Shown piece by piece: positions 1-8,319 of a DNA stretch of 40,575 nucleotides (the first letter of the stretch is position 1; the number at the start of each line of letters is the position of its first letter). This DNA comes from Spirochaetaceae bacterium (GTDB taxonomy: Bacteria > Spirochaetota > Spirochaetia > DSM-27196 > PWMO01): NCBI GenBank assembly GCA_046540795.1, contig JBKHEN010000003.1, forward strand, positions 1-40,575, read 5' to 3'. The position numbers were made by a program, and so were the translations under genes. A model generated the notes under the pieces. The model was not told where the DNA came from and searched no databases. It saw nothing but the letters and a program-made list of their open reading frames with translations.

Positions 1-319
1 TTCCCGCGTGCTGTTCTGCGAGGCGGATCCCCTGCAGATCGCCCTCCGCCGTGGTCTGCATCCGGCCGCCGGCGGACGGGGGCACGCCGCCACGGCCTCC
101 CGCTACGACCTCACCCTCATCGTGGAGCCCCGCGGCGGCGGACAAACGGCCGGCCGAACCGACAAGGCGGAGGCGTTCACCGCGCGCATGGAGGAAGAGC
201 TGCGCCGCCGCGGGGCTCCCGTTATCCGCATCGGCGCAGCGAGCGAGCACGAGCTCCTCGACCAGGCGGTGGCGGAGGTGGAACGGGTGCTTGCCGCCGA
301 GAGAAAGGTGCAACCATGA
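1..319 (+). CDS. 5'-truncated NadR/AAA_28-like nucleotide kinase domain protein (C-terminal part)
   Basis: Open frame from the window edge: SRVLFCEADPL...RYDLTLIVEP...EEELRRRGAPVIRIG...AVAEVERVL, resembling the C-terminal half of NadR-type AAA_28 proteins; TGA at 317-319. Confidence 0.5.
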   Translation, partial: SRVLFCEADPLQIALRRGLHPAAGGRGHAATASRYDLTLIVEPRGGGQTAGRTDKAEAFTARMEEELRRRGAPVIRIGAASEHELLDQAVAEVERVLAAERKVQP

Positions 320-381
320 CTTTACTTCCCGGATACGTGCGGATACGCTGGTAGGTGATAAGCCACTGAAAAGAAGCGAAC

Positions 382-2577
382 ATGTCGTTTCGCCTGGGTC
401 TGCAGATAAGCCAACTCGATATGGGCTATAACCGGCGTTTGATTCGGGGCGTGCAACGCTATGTCGAGGAACGGCACATCGATCTCCGTGTTTTCGTCGG
501 TCGCAGTTTCCGCATCCCCCACGGCTTCGATTATCAGAAAGTATCCGTTTACAACCACATACACACCGGGAACGTCGACGGACTGCTGGTCGCAAGCGGT
601 ACACAATGCAACTACGTCGAGGTCAAGCGGTTGCTGCAGTACGTCGAGCACCTTTCGCCGTTGCCGGTGGTCAGCCTCGGCATAGACCTCCCGGGATACC
701 CGTCGGTATGTATCGACGATGCTCCGGGAATGCGACAGCTGCTGGCACATCTGGTCGATGATCACGGCTGTCGCCGAATTGCGCTGATCAACGGTCCGCA
801 ACGCAATCCCCAAGCAGCCTCCCGCTTTCGCGTGTTTCGCGAGTTTCTCACGCGGCGACAGCTTTACGACTCCAGTATCGTGCTTGAGGGCGACTTTCTG
901 CCCCAAAGCGCTGAGAGGAACCTTCGCGAGCACCTGCACCGCAACGGGCGGGACTTCGATGCGATTCTGGCACTGAACGATCACATGGCCGTGTCCGCCC
1001 TGCAGGTTCTCGCGGCACACGGTGTACATGTGCCCGACCACGTGCTCGTGGCAGGGTACGACAATGTAGACGAGTCGATGTACGCGGTGCCTCCATTGAC
1101 CACGGTGGACCAGCATGTGGAGCAACAGGCATATCATGGGGCGGCTCTGGCGGTGCGCATCGCCACGGGGGAGCAGGAGCCGGCCAACGTCACACTTCCC
1201 ACTGAGATCGTGATACGTAGTAGCTGCGGGTGCTTGCCGGAGCCGGTTGCCACCTTGACGGCAACAGACGCGGAGCCGCTCGTCACGCGCTCCGTGTCGC
1301 CGGAAGTGGAATCGATTCAACGGATCCTGGGGACTGTGCGGGACGTCGAGGAGCTGCCGGCCCGCGCGCGAAGACTGGACTCGCTGCTTCTGGAACGTCT
1401 GGTGCAGGGTGAAAGCCTCTCGGAGTGGGACAACGCACTGACGCAGGCGTATCGTCTGGCGGTGCAAACCGATGGTGGCGATTTCGAGCAAAGACTCCTG
1501 CTCGAGCGAGCATTCCAGGCCGGAAGAGCCCTGCTCGGACGGAGGGCCCCAGTACCGGTTGGGCGGGATCGCTTCGCTCTCGAGACACATATGCTGGAGC
1601 TACGCACGTATTTGTCTCATCTGATATCCCTCGTCTCACTCGACACGCTGGCCGCGGAGCTACCGACGTTGTTGAGCCGTTTCGATGTGGCAAGCTGCGC
1701 CATTGTGGTGTATGAACATGAAACCCGGGTTCACAGAAACGAGGTCCTTCCCTTGCCGGCGGAAGCAAGACTACTCCTGGCCTACGACGAGTCGGGCGTC
1801 ACTTCCCCCGAATCCGATCCTGATAAGCGCTTCGATCCGCGGGTCTCGATAGTACCTGAAGAAACGTTTAGCACGCGGCCCCGAACGCTCATAGCCTACA
1901 CCCTTCACCACCGGGAACAGCAATTCGGATATATTCTGCTGGAGCCGGGCACTCGTGAGGGCTCCATTTATGAAGTGTTGTGCATGCAGGTGGCCGCCAC
2001 GATTCATGGCTCCATGGTATACAGCGCCAAGGAGAAGGCTGAGCAACACCTTCAGACGCTCCTGGAGGACTTGGAAGAACAGAACCGTCGGCTGAATGAC
2101 CTGTCTCACAAGGACGAGCTCACGGGGGTTCTCAATCGCCGCGGCTTTATTGAGCATGCCCGGGATGTGCTCGACCTCGCGTTTCACAGCGGTGCACAGG
2201 GAGTAGTACTCTTTGCGGATCTGAACGATCTGAAAAAGATAAACGACACTTTTGGTCACGACGAGGGTGACAAAGCGCTCCAAGCGGTTGGCAGAGCCCT
2301 GCACTACACCTTTCGCACGAGTGATGTAATCGGCAGGTTGGGCGGCGACGAGTTTGCTATACTCGCGCTCGATCTCGACGCGGAGAACGTAGAGCGCGTG
2401 TGTCAACGCCTACATCGCGAAGTTCGGGAGCTGGGCAAAGAAACGAGCACAGCGTACACCCTCGGAGTGAGCATCGGCTCGGTTGCATTCCACGGGTCGT
2501 CTCGCCCCCTCATCGAGGAGCTGCTAAACGAGGCCGACAAAAGGCTCTATCGACAGAAGCGGGATCGAAGGAAGTAG
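382..2577 (+). CDS. Diguanylate cyclase with N-terminal LacI-type sugar-binding domain (no HTH)
   Basis: N-terminal half has LacI effector-domain motifs (HGCRRIALING, AILALNDHMA, VAGYDN, PPLTTVDQ, IVIRSSCGC). A coiled coil (DELTGVLNRR) precedes the GGDEF domain with DLNDLKKINDTFGHDEGD, an RTSD I-site and RLGGDEF. Confidence 0.9.
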   Translation: MSFRLGLQISQLDMGYNRRLIRGVQRYVEERHIDLRVFVGRSFRIPHGFDYQKVSVYNHIHTGNVDGLLVASGTQCNYVEVKRLLQYVEHLSPLPVVSLGIDLPGYPSVCIDDAPGMRQLLAHLVDDHGCRRIALINGPQRNPQAASRFRVFREFLTRRQLYDSSIVLEGDFLPQSAERNLREHLHRNGRDFDAILALNDHMAVSALQVLAAHGVHVPDHVLVAGYDNVDESMYAVPPLTTVDQHVEQQAYHGAALAVRIATGEQEPANVTLPTEIVIRSSCGCLPEPVATLTATDAEPLVTRSVSPEVESIQRILGTVRDVEELPARARRLDSLLLERLVQGESLSEWDNALTQAYRLAVQTDGGDFEQRLLLERAFQAGRALLGRRAPVPVGRDRFALETHMLELRTYLSHLISLVSLDTLAAELPTLLSRFDVASCAIVVYEHETRVHRNEVLPLPAEARLLLAYDESGVTSPESDPDKRFDPRVSIVPEETFSTRPRTLIAYTLHHREQQFGYILLEPGTREGSIYEVLCMQVAATIHGSMVYSAKEKAEQHLQTLLEDLEEQNRRLNDLSHKDELTGVLNRRGFIEHARDVLDLAFHSGAQGVVLFADLNDLKKINDTFGHDEGDKALQAVGRALHYTFRTSDVIGRLGGDEFAILALDLDAENVERVCQRLHREVRELGKETSTAYTLGVSIGSVAFHGSSRPLIEELLNEADKRLYRQKRDRRK

Positions 2578-2671
2578 GCCGGACGGGGCTTTTTCAAAGG
2601 TTCGCACCACTGCCCCAGGCGTTGGGCCCTACGGACGTGCATCGATCAATACGGGCGGGTTTCGGGGGCAG

Positions 2672-2705
2672 AATGCCGGAATTTCGGTACAAATGTCGGT
2701 TTTTC
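2672..2705 (+). promoter_or_regulatory. Direct repeat AATGYCGGWWTTTC x2 at 20-bp period; candidate AraC-family operator
   Basis: AATGCCGGAATTTC (2672-2685) and AATGTCGGTTTTTC (2692-2705) lie upstream of the ABC operon. Confidence 0.45.
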
Positions 2706-2791
2706 ATTGTTTCGCAAGCTCACAGCCGATGAGAGAATTCCTTGAAGGATAGGATCTCGTAAAGGTCCGGTATGAATTCAAGGAGGTTTCT

Positions 2792-4084
2792 ATGAAGAAG
2801 CGGAGTTTAGTCGCTCTGGTGACGGCCCTATTGCTTCTTGCCTCGACGACGGCGTTTGCCGGGGGCGAGCAGGAAGAAGGGGAGCCGGAAGCCGAAGGCT
2901 TCAACATCTGGCACGTCCAGACCGACGAAGGGAGCCTGCGAGATGTCTTCGACGACGTTGCCGCGGACTTCGAGGAGGACCACGGCGTGGAGGTGGAAGT
3001 GGTCCCGATACAGAACGATCCGTACAAGGATCGGATTCTGGTGGCCATGAGCGCCGGAGATCCCCCCGCCATATTCCAGACGTGGGGCGGCGGGCCGCTG
3101 CACGAGTTCATCGACGGCGACAACGTCCATCCCATCGATCCGATTCATGACGAGCTGCTCGACCGCTATCTCCCGGGCTCCTTCGATCCGGTGACTTTCG
3201 ACGACGACGTCTACGGGGCGGCGTACTCGGGGCTTACCGGCGTGTACTTCTGGTATCGCACCGACATCTTCGAGGAGCACGGCGTGGAGCCGCCCGAGAC
3301 GTGGAGTGAGCTGCTCGATGCGGTAGACACATTCAACGAAGCAGGCATTACCCCGATAAGCCTGGGTAATCAGCACGGATGGACCGGCTCGTTTTACTAC
3401 ATGTATCTTGTGGATAGGCTCGGCGGTGAAGACCTTCTGCAGGAGGCGCTCTTCGGCGGCGAGCGCGACTTCGAGGATGAAGCGTTTGTCCGCGCCGGCG
3501 AGATGATCCGGGAGCTCGTGGAAGCCGATGCCTTCCCGGACGGGTACAACGGCATGGACGAGGAAACCGCTCGGATCCTGATGTACTCCGACCAGGCCGC
3601 CATGTACCTCATGGGCCAATGGCACTACCCGATCCACGAGGGAGAATCCCCGGAGACCGCGGAACACCTCGACTTCTTCCCCTTTCCGGAGGTCGAGGAA
3701 GGCAACGGTGATCCGTCCAATCTCGTCGGAAGCCCGGGGCAAGACTATCTCGCCATTTCCACCAACATCTCGGACGTCGAGTTGGCCTATACCTTCTTCA
3801 CCGACTATCTGATGAACGACCAGTGGGCACAGTTCCTCGCCGACAACGGCCAGATTCCGCCCGTGCAGAACGCCAGAGATTACCTTGATGATTCCACGCT
3901 GGAGGACATCCTGGTAACCTTCGAAGAGGCCAACCATGTCCAGGTTTACTACGATCAGTACATGGATCCGGAGCTCGGGCAGGAGCATATCGAGCTCATG
4001 CAAGCACTGTTCGGCGGCGATATGAGCCCGGAAGAGGTTGCCCGGCGCCACCAGGAGACCTGGGAGGACATCCAAGAGGAGTAG
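2792..4084 (+). CDS. Carbohydrate ABC transporter solute-binding protein
   Basis: SD AGGAGG at 2781-2786; signal peptide ending AFA-GG; family-1 SBP motifs (GDPPAIFQTWGG, WYRTDIFEEHG, PPETWSELL). Confidence 0.93.
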   Translation: MKKRSLVALVTALLLLASTTAFAGGEQEEGEPEAEGFNIWHVQTDEGSLRDVFDDVAADFEEDHGVEVEVVPIQNDPYKDRILVAMSAGDPPAIFQTWGGGPLHEFIDGDNVHPIDPIHDELLDRYLPGSFDPVTFDDDVYGAAYSGLTGVYFWYRTDIFEEHGVEPPETWSELLDAVDTFNEAGITPISLGNQHGWTGSFYYMYLVDRLGGEDLLQEALFGGERDFEDEAFVRAGEMIRELVEADAFPDGYNGMDEETARILMYSDQAAMYLMGQWHYPIHEGESPETAEHLDFFPFPEVEEGNGDPSNLVGSPGQDYLAISTNISDVELAYTFFTDYLMNDQWAQFLADNGQIPPVQNARDYLDDSTLEDILVTFEEANHVQVYYDQYMDPELGQEHIELMQALFGGDMSPEEVARRHQETWEDIQEE

Positions 4085-4156
4085 CCTCGCGAGGGAGTGA
4101 TTCCCCACGGGATCTGCGCCGTGCATGATTCGCTCGACGCAGTGGCAAGGGAATTC

Positions 4157-4191
4157 GGCCCGTCGGAGGCTCTCCGAGCTTCCGGCGGGTC
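4157..4191 (+). terminator. Stem-loop after the SBP gene (mRNA-stabilising or attenuating hairpin)
   Basis: CCCGTCGGAGGCTC-TCC-GAGCTTCCGGCGGG forms a 14-bp stem with two G.U pairs; there is no U-tract. Confidence 0.55.
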
Positions 4192-4214
4192 CATAGTTCG
4201 TGAAACGAGTCCCA

Positions 4215-5114
4215 ATGAAAGAACCCCGAACCCTGAGCTCGCGAGCGGTGGAGAATAGAACCGGGTGGACCTTCGTGCTACCCGCGCTCGCCATTTACTT
4301 GTTCTACTTTCTTGCGCCCATTCCGCTGTCGGCCTATTACAGTCTCTTTCAGTGGAGCGGTGTTTCGGCCCTCGACGATTTCATCGGTTTTTCCAACTGG
4401 AACCGGCTCGTGAGGGACGCCGTCTTCTGGGTGAGCGTGCGAAACAACGTACTGCTCGTCGTTCTCTCGGTGGTGATCCAGTTGCCCCTCGGGCTGCTGC
4501 TTGCGGTCTACGTGTCGTCGAAACTCAAGGGTACGCAGACGCTGAAGTTCGTGTTCTTTCTGCCCATGACGATGTCCGCCGTGGCCATCGGCTTGACCTG
4601 GCGGTACGTATTCGACGCGAACTTCGGCCTGTTGAACGGACTCCTGGAGGCGATCGGCCTGCCGGAGCTCGCGCGCTCGTGGCTCGGGAATCCGCGCTAC
4701 GCGCTACCGGCGGTGGTAGCCGTCGTATGCTGGCAGTTCATCCCCTACTACATGGTTATTTTTGCCGCCGCGCTCGCAGGCATTCCGCGGGATCTGATCG
4801 ATTCGGCAGCTATCGACGGTGCCGGGCCGGTGCAGACGTTCTTTCGGATCAAGCTTCCCCTGCTTGGGAACACGGTCCGCATGGCAATCATTCTCTCGGT
4901 TACAGGCTCGCTGAAGTACTTCGCGCTGGTATTCGTCATGACCGGCGGCGGACCCTACCACGCCTCGGAGTTGATGGCCACCTACATGTACAAGCAGGCG
5001 TTCTCCAACTTCCGCATGGGATACGGGAGTACGGTGGCGGTGTTTATGTTTCTGCTGTCTTTTGTCGTTACCGTGCTCATACTCCGCATTCGAAGAAAGG
5101 ATCAGGCGACATGA
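4215..5114 (+). CDS. Carbohydrate ABC transporter permease (MalF/UgpA-like)
   Basis: Hydrophobic, with EAA loop DSAAIDGAGPVQTFFRIKLP. ATG at 4215 (alternative GTG at 4200). Confidence 0.92.
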   Translation: MKEPRTLSSRAVENRTGWTFVLPALAIYLFYFLAPIPLSAYYSLFQWSGVSALDDFIGFSNWNRLVRDAVFWVSVRNNVLLVVLSVVIQLPLGLLLAVYVSSKLKGTQTLKFVFFLPMTMSAVAIGLTWRYVFDANFGLLNGLLEAIGLPELARSWLGNPRYALPAVVAVVCWQFIPYYMVIFAAALAGIPRDLIDSAAIDGAGPVQTFFRIKLPLLGNTVRMAIILSVTGSLKYFALVFVMTGGGPYHASELMATYMYKQAFSNFRMGYGSTVAVFMFLLSFVVTVLILRIRRKDQAT

Positions 5115-5962
5115 GTTTCGATAGGATTCGGACAAATCCGGGTGGGGCGGCGGTACGAGCGGGCGTCTACGCTCTTGTGGGCGCGTGGACACTCATCGTT
5201 GTATACCCGTTGGTTTTTCTTCTGCAGAACTCCTTCAAGAGCCGCTCCGAGTTCGTCCGGGGAACGGTTTGGGCACTGCCGGAAAGCTTGAACCCGGCGA
5301 ACTACGGCGAAGTGTTCGCGGCGGGCTTTCTTCAGTACTTCTTCAATTCCCTCGTCGTGGTAGCCACGTCTCTGGTAATCCTGGCACTTGCCGGCGGGCT
5401 CGCGGCGTACGCGCTGTCCCGCATCACCTTCATCGGACGGGCGGCGCTCTACCTGATCTTCGTCGGCGGAATGACCATTCCGGTGCACGTCACCCTGGTG
5501 CCCGTGTTCAGCCTTACCAGGCTCATCGGCATCTATGACACGCTCCTTGCACTCATCGGCCCGTTCGTCTCCTTCAATCTGCCGGTAACGGTGTTCATTT
5601 TGCACGCCTTCATGCTCGACCTTCCCCGGAGTGTGGAGGAAGCGGCGTTCATGGACGGCGCGTCGCGGTGGCTCATTTTCCGGCGCATCGCGTTTCCGAT
5701 GACCCGCCCGGCGGTTGTAGCGGTGACCATTCTCAACGCGGTGATCCTCTGGAACGAGTTCATTTTCCCCCTCGTGCTGATCAACTCGCCGCGGCTGCGT
5801 CCGCTGACCCTGGCGTTGTGGGATTTTCAAGGCCAGTATGCCACCAACATACCGGTTACCATGGCGGCGCTTCTACTTACGGCCCTCCCGATCTGGATTG
5901 CCTACGCGATGGCCCGAGAACAACTCATCGAAGGAATCGTGCTCGGAGCGGTGAAAGGGTAG
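5111..5962 (+). CDS. Carbohydrate ABC transporter permease (MalG/UgpE-like)
   Basis: ATGA overlap with the upstream stop; EAA loop EEAAFMDGAS; WNEF motif; C-terminal GAVKG. Confidence 0.93.
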   Translation: MSFDRIRTNPGGAAVRAGVYALVGAWTLIVVYPLVFLLQNSFKSRSEFVRGTVWALPESLNPANYGEVFAAGFLQYFFNSLVVVATSLVILALAGGLAAYALSRITFIGRAALYLIFVGGMTIPVHVTLVPVFSLTRLIGIYDTLLALIGPFVSFNLPVTVFILHAFMLDLPRSVEEAAFMDGASRWLIFRRIAFPMTRPAVVAVTILNAVILWNEFIFPLVLINSPRLRPLTLALWDFQGQYATNIPVTMAALLLTALPIWIAYAMAREQLIEGIVLGAVKG

Positions 5963-5967
5963 AATCA

Positions 5968-8319
5968 ATGACGGACATCTATAAAGACGGTAATGCCCCG
6001 GTTGCCCGCCGGGTGGCGGATCTCATGAGTCGGATGACCCTCGAAGAAAAGGTTGCGCAGCTGGGAAGCGTGTGGGTCTACGAGCTGCTTACCGACAAAC
6101 GGCCCGACGCGGATAAGCTCTCCGCACACCTCGGCGCGGGCATCGGCCACGTTACCCGCGTCGGGGGCGCTTCGGATGTGGCCCCGAAGGATTACATCGA
6201 CATAGCCAACCGCATCCAGCGCCACCTCACGGAAGAGACCCGTCTCGGTATCCCGGCCGTCGTCCACGAAGAATGCTGTAGCGGGCTCATGACCCGCGGC
6301 GCGACGCTATTTCCCCAAGCCGTCGGGCTTGCCTCGAGCTGGGACCCCGAGCTTATAGAGTCGGTCGCCGGGGTGATCCGGCGCCAGGCGCGGCGAGTGG
6401 GCGCCCATCACGCCCTCGCACCGGTGCTCGACGTCACTCGCGATCCGCGCTGGGGGCGCACCGAAGAGACCTTCGGTGAGGATCCCTACCTTGTGGCCCG
6501 GCTCGGCTGTGCCTACATCGAAGGGCTGCAGGGCACGGACTGGAGCGAGCGGATCATCGCGACGGCGAAGCACTTCGTCGGCTATGGTGCGTCCGAAGGC
6601 GGGATGAACTGGGCACCTCCGCACATACCGCCGCGGGAGCTCCGGGACGTGTATCTGTTTCCCTTCGAGGCCGCCGTCCGAGAGAGCGGAATCCGGTCAG
6701 TGATGAACGCCTACAACGAGCTCGACGGCCTGCCCTGCGGGGCCAACCGGCATTTGCTTACCGAAGTTCTCCGAACGCAGTGGGGCTTCGAGGGTACGGT
6801 CGTCTCGGACTACTTCGCCGTGGAGATGCTGCGCGTCTATCACCTGATCGCCCGGGATAAACAAGAGGCGGCGCGCCTTGCGCTTGAAGCGGGCATCGAC
6901 GTAGAGCTTCCCTCTCGGGACTGCTATGGAGACCCGGTGCTTGAGGCGGCGCGATCGGGGGCGATCCCCATGGAACTGATAGACGCGGCAGTCGAGCGGC
7001 TACTGCGGCAGAAGTTCCTCCTGGGCCTCTTTGAGCGGCCCTACGTGGAGCCGGCCGGCGATTCGGTGCTGTTCGATACCGAGCGTGATCGGGCTATTGC
7101 CCGCCGCGCCGCGACTCGCTCGATCGTGATGCTGAAAAACGAGAACAGGCTTCTGCCCCTGGAGAATGCCTATTCGCGGATTGCCGTCATCGGGCCGAAC
7201 GCCGACAGCACGCGCAACATGATGGGAGACTACGCCTACCCCTGTCATATCGAGGCGATGCAGGACATGAAAACGGCCTTCGAAACGGCGGGGCCCGAGG
7301 ATGAGGTGAGCGTCGACACAGAGCCGGTGCCCGTGGTGACGACAGCCGAGGCGCTGCGTGAGCGTCTTGCCCCGGGGGTTTCCGTCACGACGGCGGAGGG
7401 TTGTGACGTCTCCGATGTCTCCCGCACCGACTTCGAAACCGCCGAGCGCATCGCCCGGGAGAGCGACGTGGCCGTTTGCGTCCTCGGCGACCGCTCGGGA
7501 TTGGTGGAGGGATGCACCTCCGGGGAGGCTCGCGATCGGGCGAGCCTGTTGTTGCCGGGAGCTCAACAGGAGCTGCTCGAGCGGGTCGTCGCCACCGGGA
7601 CCCCTACGGTGCTCGTGCTCGTTTGTGCGCGGCCGATGGACCTCCGCTTCGCCGCGCAGGAGGTGCCGGCGATCCTCCTTGCGTGGCTTCCCGGAGAGGA
7701 GGGAGGGAACGCCGTTGCGGACGTTCTCCTCGGGGAGACCGCTCCCGGCGGCAAGCTTCCCATTTCTTTCCCCCGGAGTGTCGGGCAGGTGCCCGCATAC
7801 CACGGGCACAAGCCTTCCGGCGGCAGGTCACACTGGCTTGGCCGCTACGTTGAGATGGACACGTCGCCCCTGTATCCGTTCGGCTACGGCCTGACCTACG
7901 GCAATGTCGCGGTGGAGCAGACCGCCGTGGACCGGGCGGTTCTGCACCCGGGAGAGCGGCTCACCGTCACGTGCCGGCTTCGCAACACCGGCACGCGCGC
8001 CGGAGAGGAAGTAGTACAGCTCTATGTCCGGGACCTCCACTCCCACGTGACCCGTCCCGTTCGGGAGCTCAAGGGCTTTCGCCGCGTGGGGTTGGCCCCC
8101 GGCGCGGCCGTGGAGGTGGCGATCACCGTCTCAACCTATCAGCTGGGCTTCACGGACGCGGATATGCGACACGTCCTCGAGCCGGGTGAGTTCGAGCTCA
8201 TGATCGCCACCTCCGCCCGGGACATCGTCGCGACTCATACCGTGGAGGTAGTAGGCACGGTGCACGAGATCGCGGCCTGCCGCAGCTACTTCTCCGAGAG
8301 CGTCGAGCGGGAAGCGTGA
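5968..8319 (+). CDS. GH3 glycosidase (beta-xylosidase/beta-glucosidase-like), cytoplasmic, with Fn3-like C-terminus
   Basis: MTLEEKVAQL, RDPRWGRTEETFGEDP, KHF, VVSDY (nucleophile Asp), GEARDR, PLYPFGYGL, EEVVQLY and RPVRELKGF; no signal peptide. Confidence 0.93.
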   Translation: MTDIYKDGNAPVARRVADLMSRMTLEEKVAQLGSVWVYELLTDKRPDADKLSAHLGAGIGHVTRVGGASDVAPKDYIDIANRIQRHLTEETRLGIPAVVHEECCSGLMTRGATLFPQAVGLASSWDPELIESVAGVIRRQARRVGAHHALAPVLDVTRDPRWGRTEETFGEDPYLVARLGCAYIEGLQGTDWSERIIATAKHFVGYGASEGGMNWAPPHIPPRELRDVYLFPFEAAVRESGIRSVMNAYNELDGLPCGANRHLLTEVLRTQWGFEGTVVSDYFAVEMLRVYHLIARDKQEAARLALEAGIDVELPSRDCYGDPVLEAARSGAIPMELIDAAVERLLRQKFLLGLFERPYVEPAGDSVLFDTERDRAIARRAATRSIVMLKNENRLLPLENAYSRIAVIGPNADSTRNMMGDYAYPCHIEAMQDMKTAFETAGPEDEVSVDTEPVPVVTTAEALRERLAPGVSVTTAEGCDVSDVSRTDFETAERIARESDVAVCVLGDRSGLVEGCTSGEARDRASLLLPGAQQELLERVVATGTPTVLVLVCARPMDLRFAAQEVPAILLAWLPGEEGGNAVADVLLGETAPGGKLPISFPRSVGQVPAYHGHKPSGGRSHWLGRYVEMDTSPLYPFGYGLTYGNVAVEQTAVDRAVLHPGERLTVTCRLRNTGTRAGEEVVQLYVRDLHSHVTRPVRELKGFRRVGLAPGAAVEVAITVSTYQLGFTDADMRHVLEPGEFELMIATSARDIVATHTVEVVGTVHEIAACRSYFSESVEREA

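Noticed and set aside
4265-5967. Long N-terminal extensions in the ORF track (permease from 4265, GH3 from 5668; likewise gyrB from 35810, gatA from 16838, aspS from 12937)
   Set aside because: The extensions overlap upstream genes or regulatory DNA; family homology and SD or stop-start coupling point to the downstream starts.
8286-8319. 34-bp convergent overlap of the GH3 and AraC genes as an antisense control device
   Set aside because: Short tail-to-tail overlaps are common in GC-rich genomes, and nothing else supports regulation.
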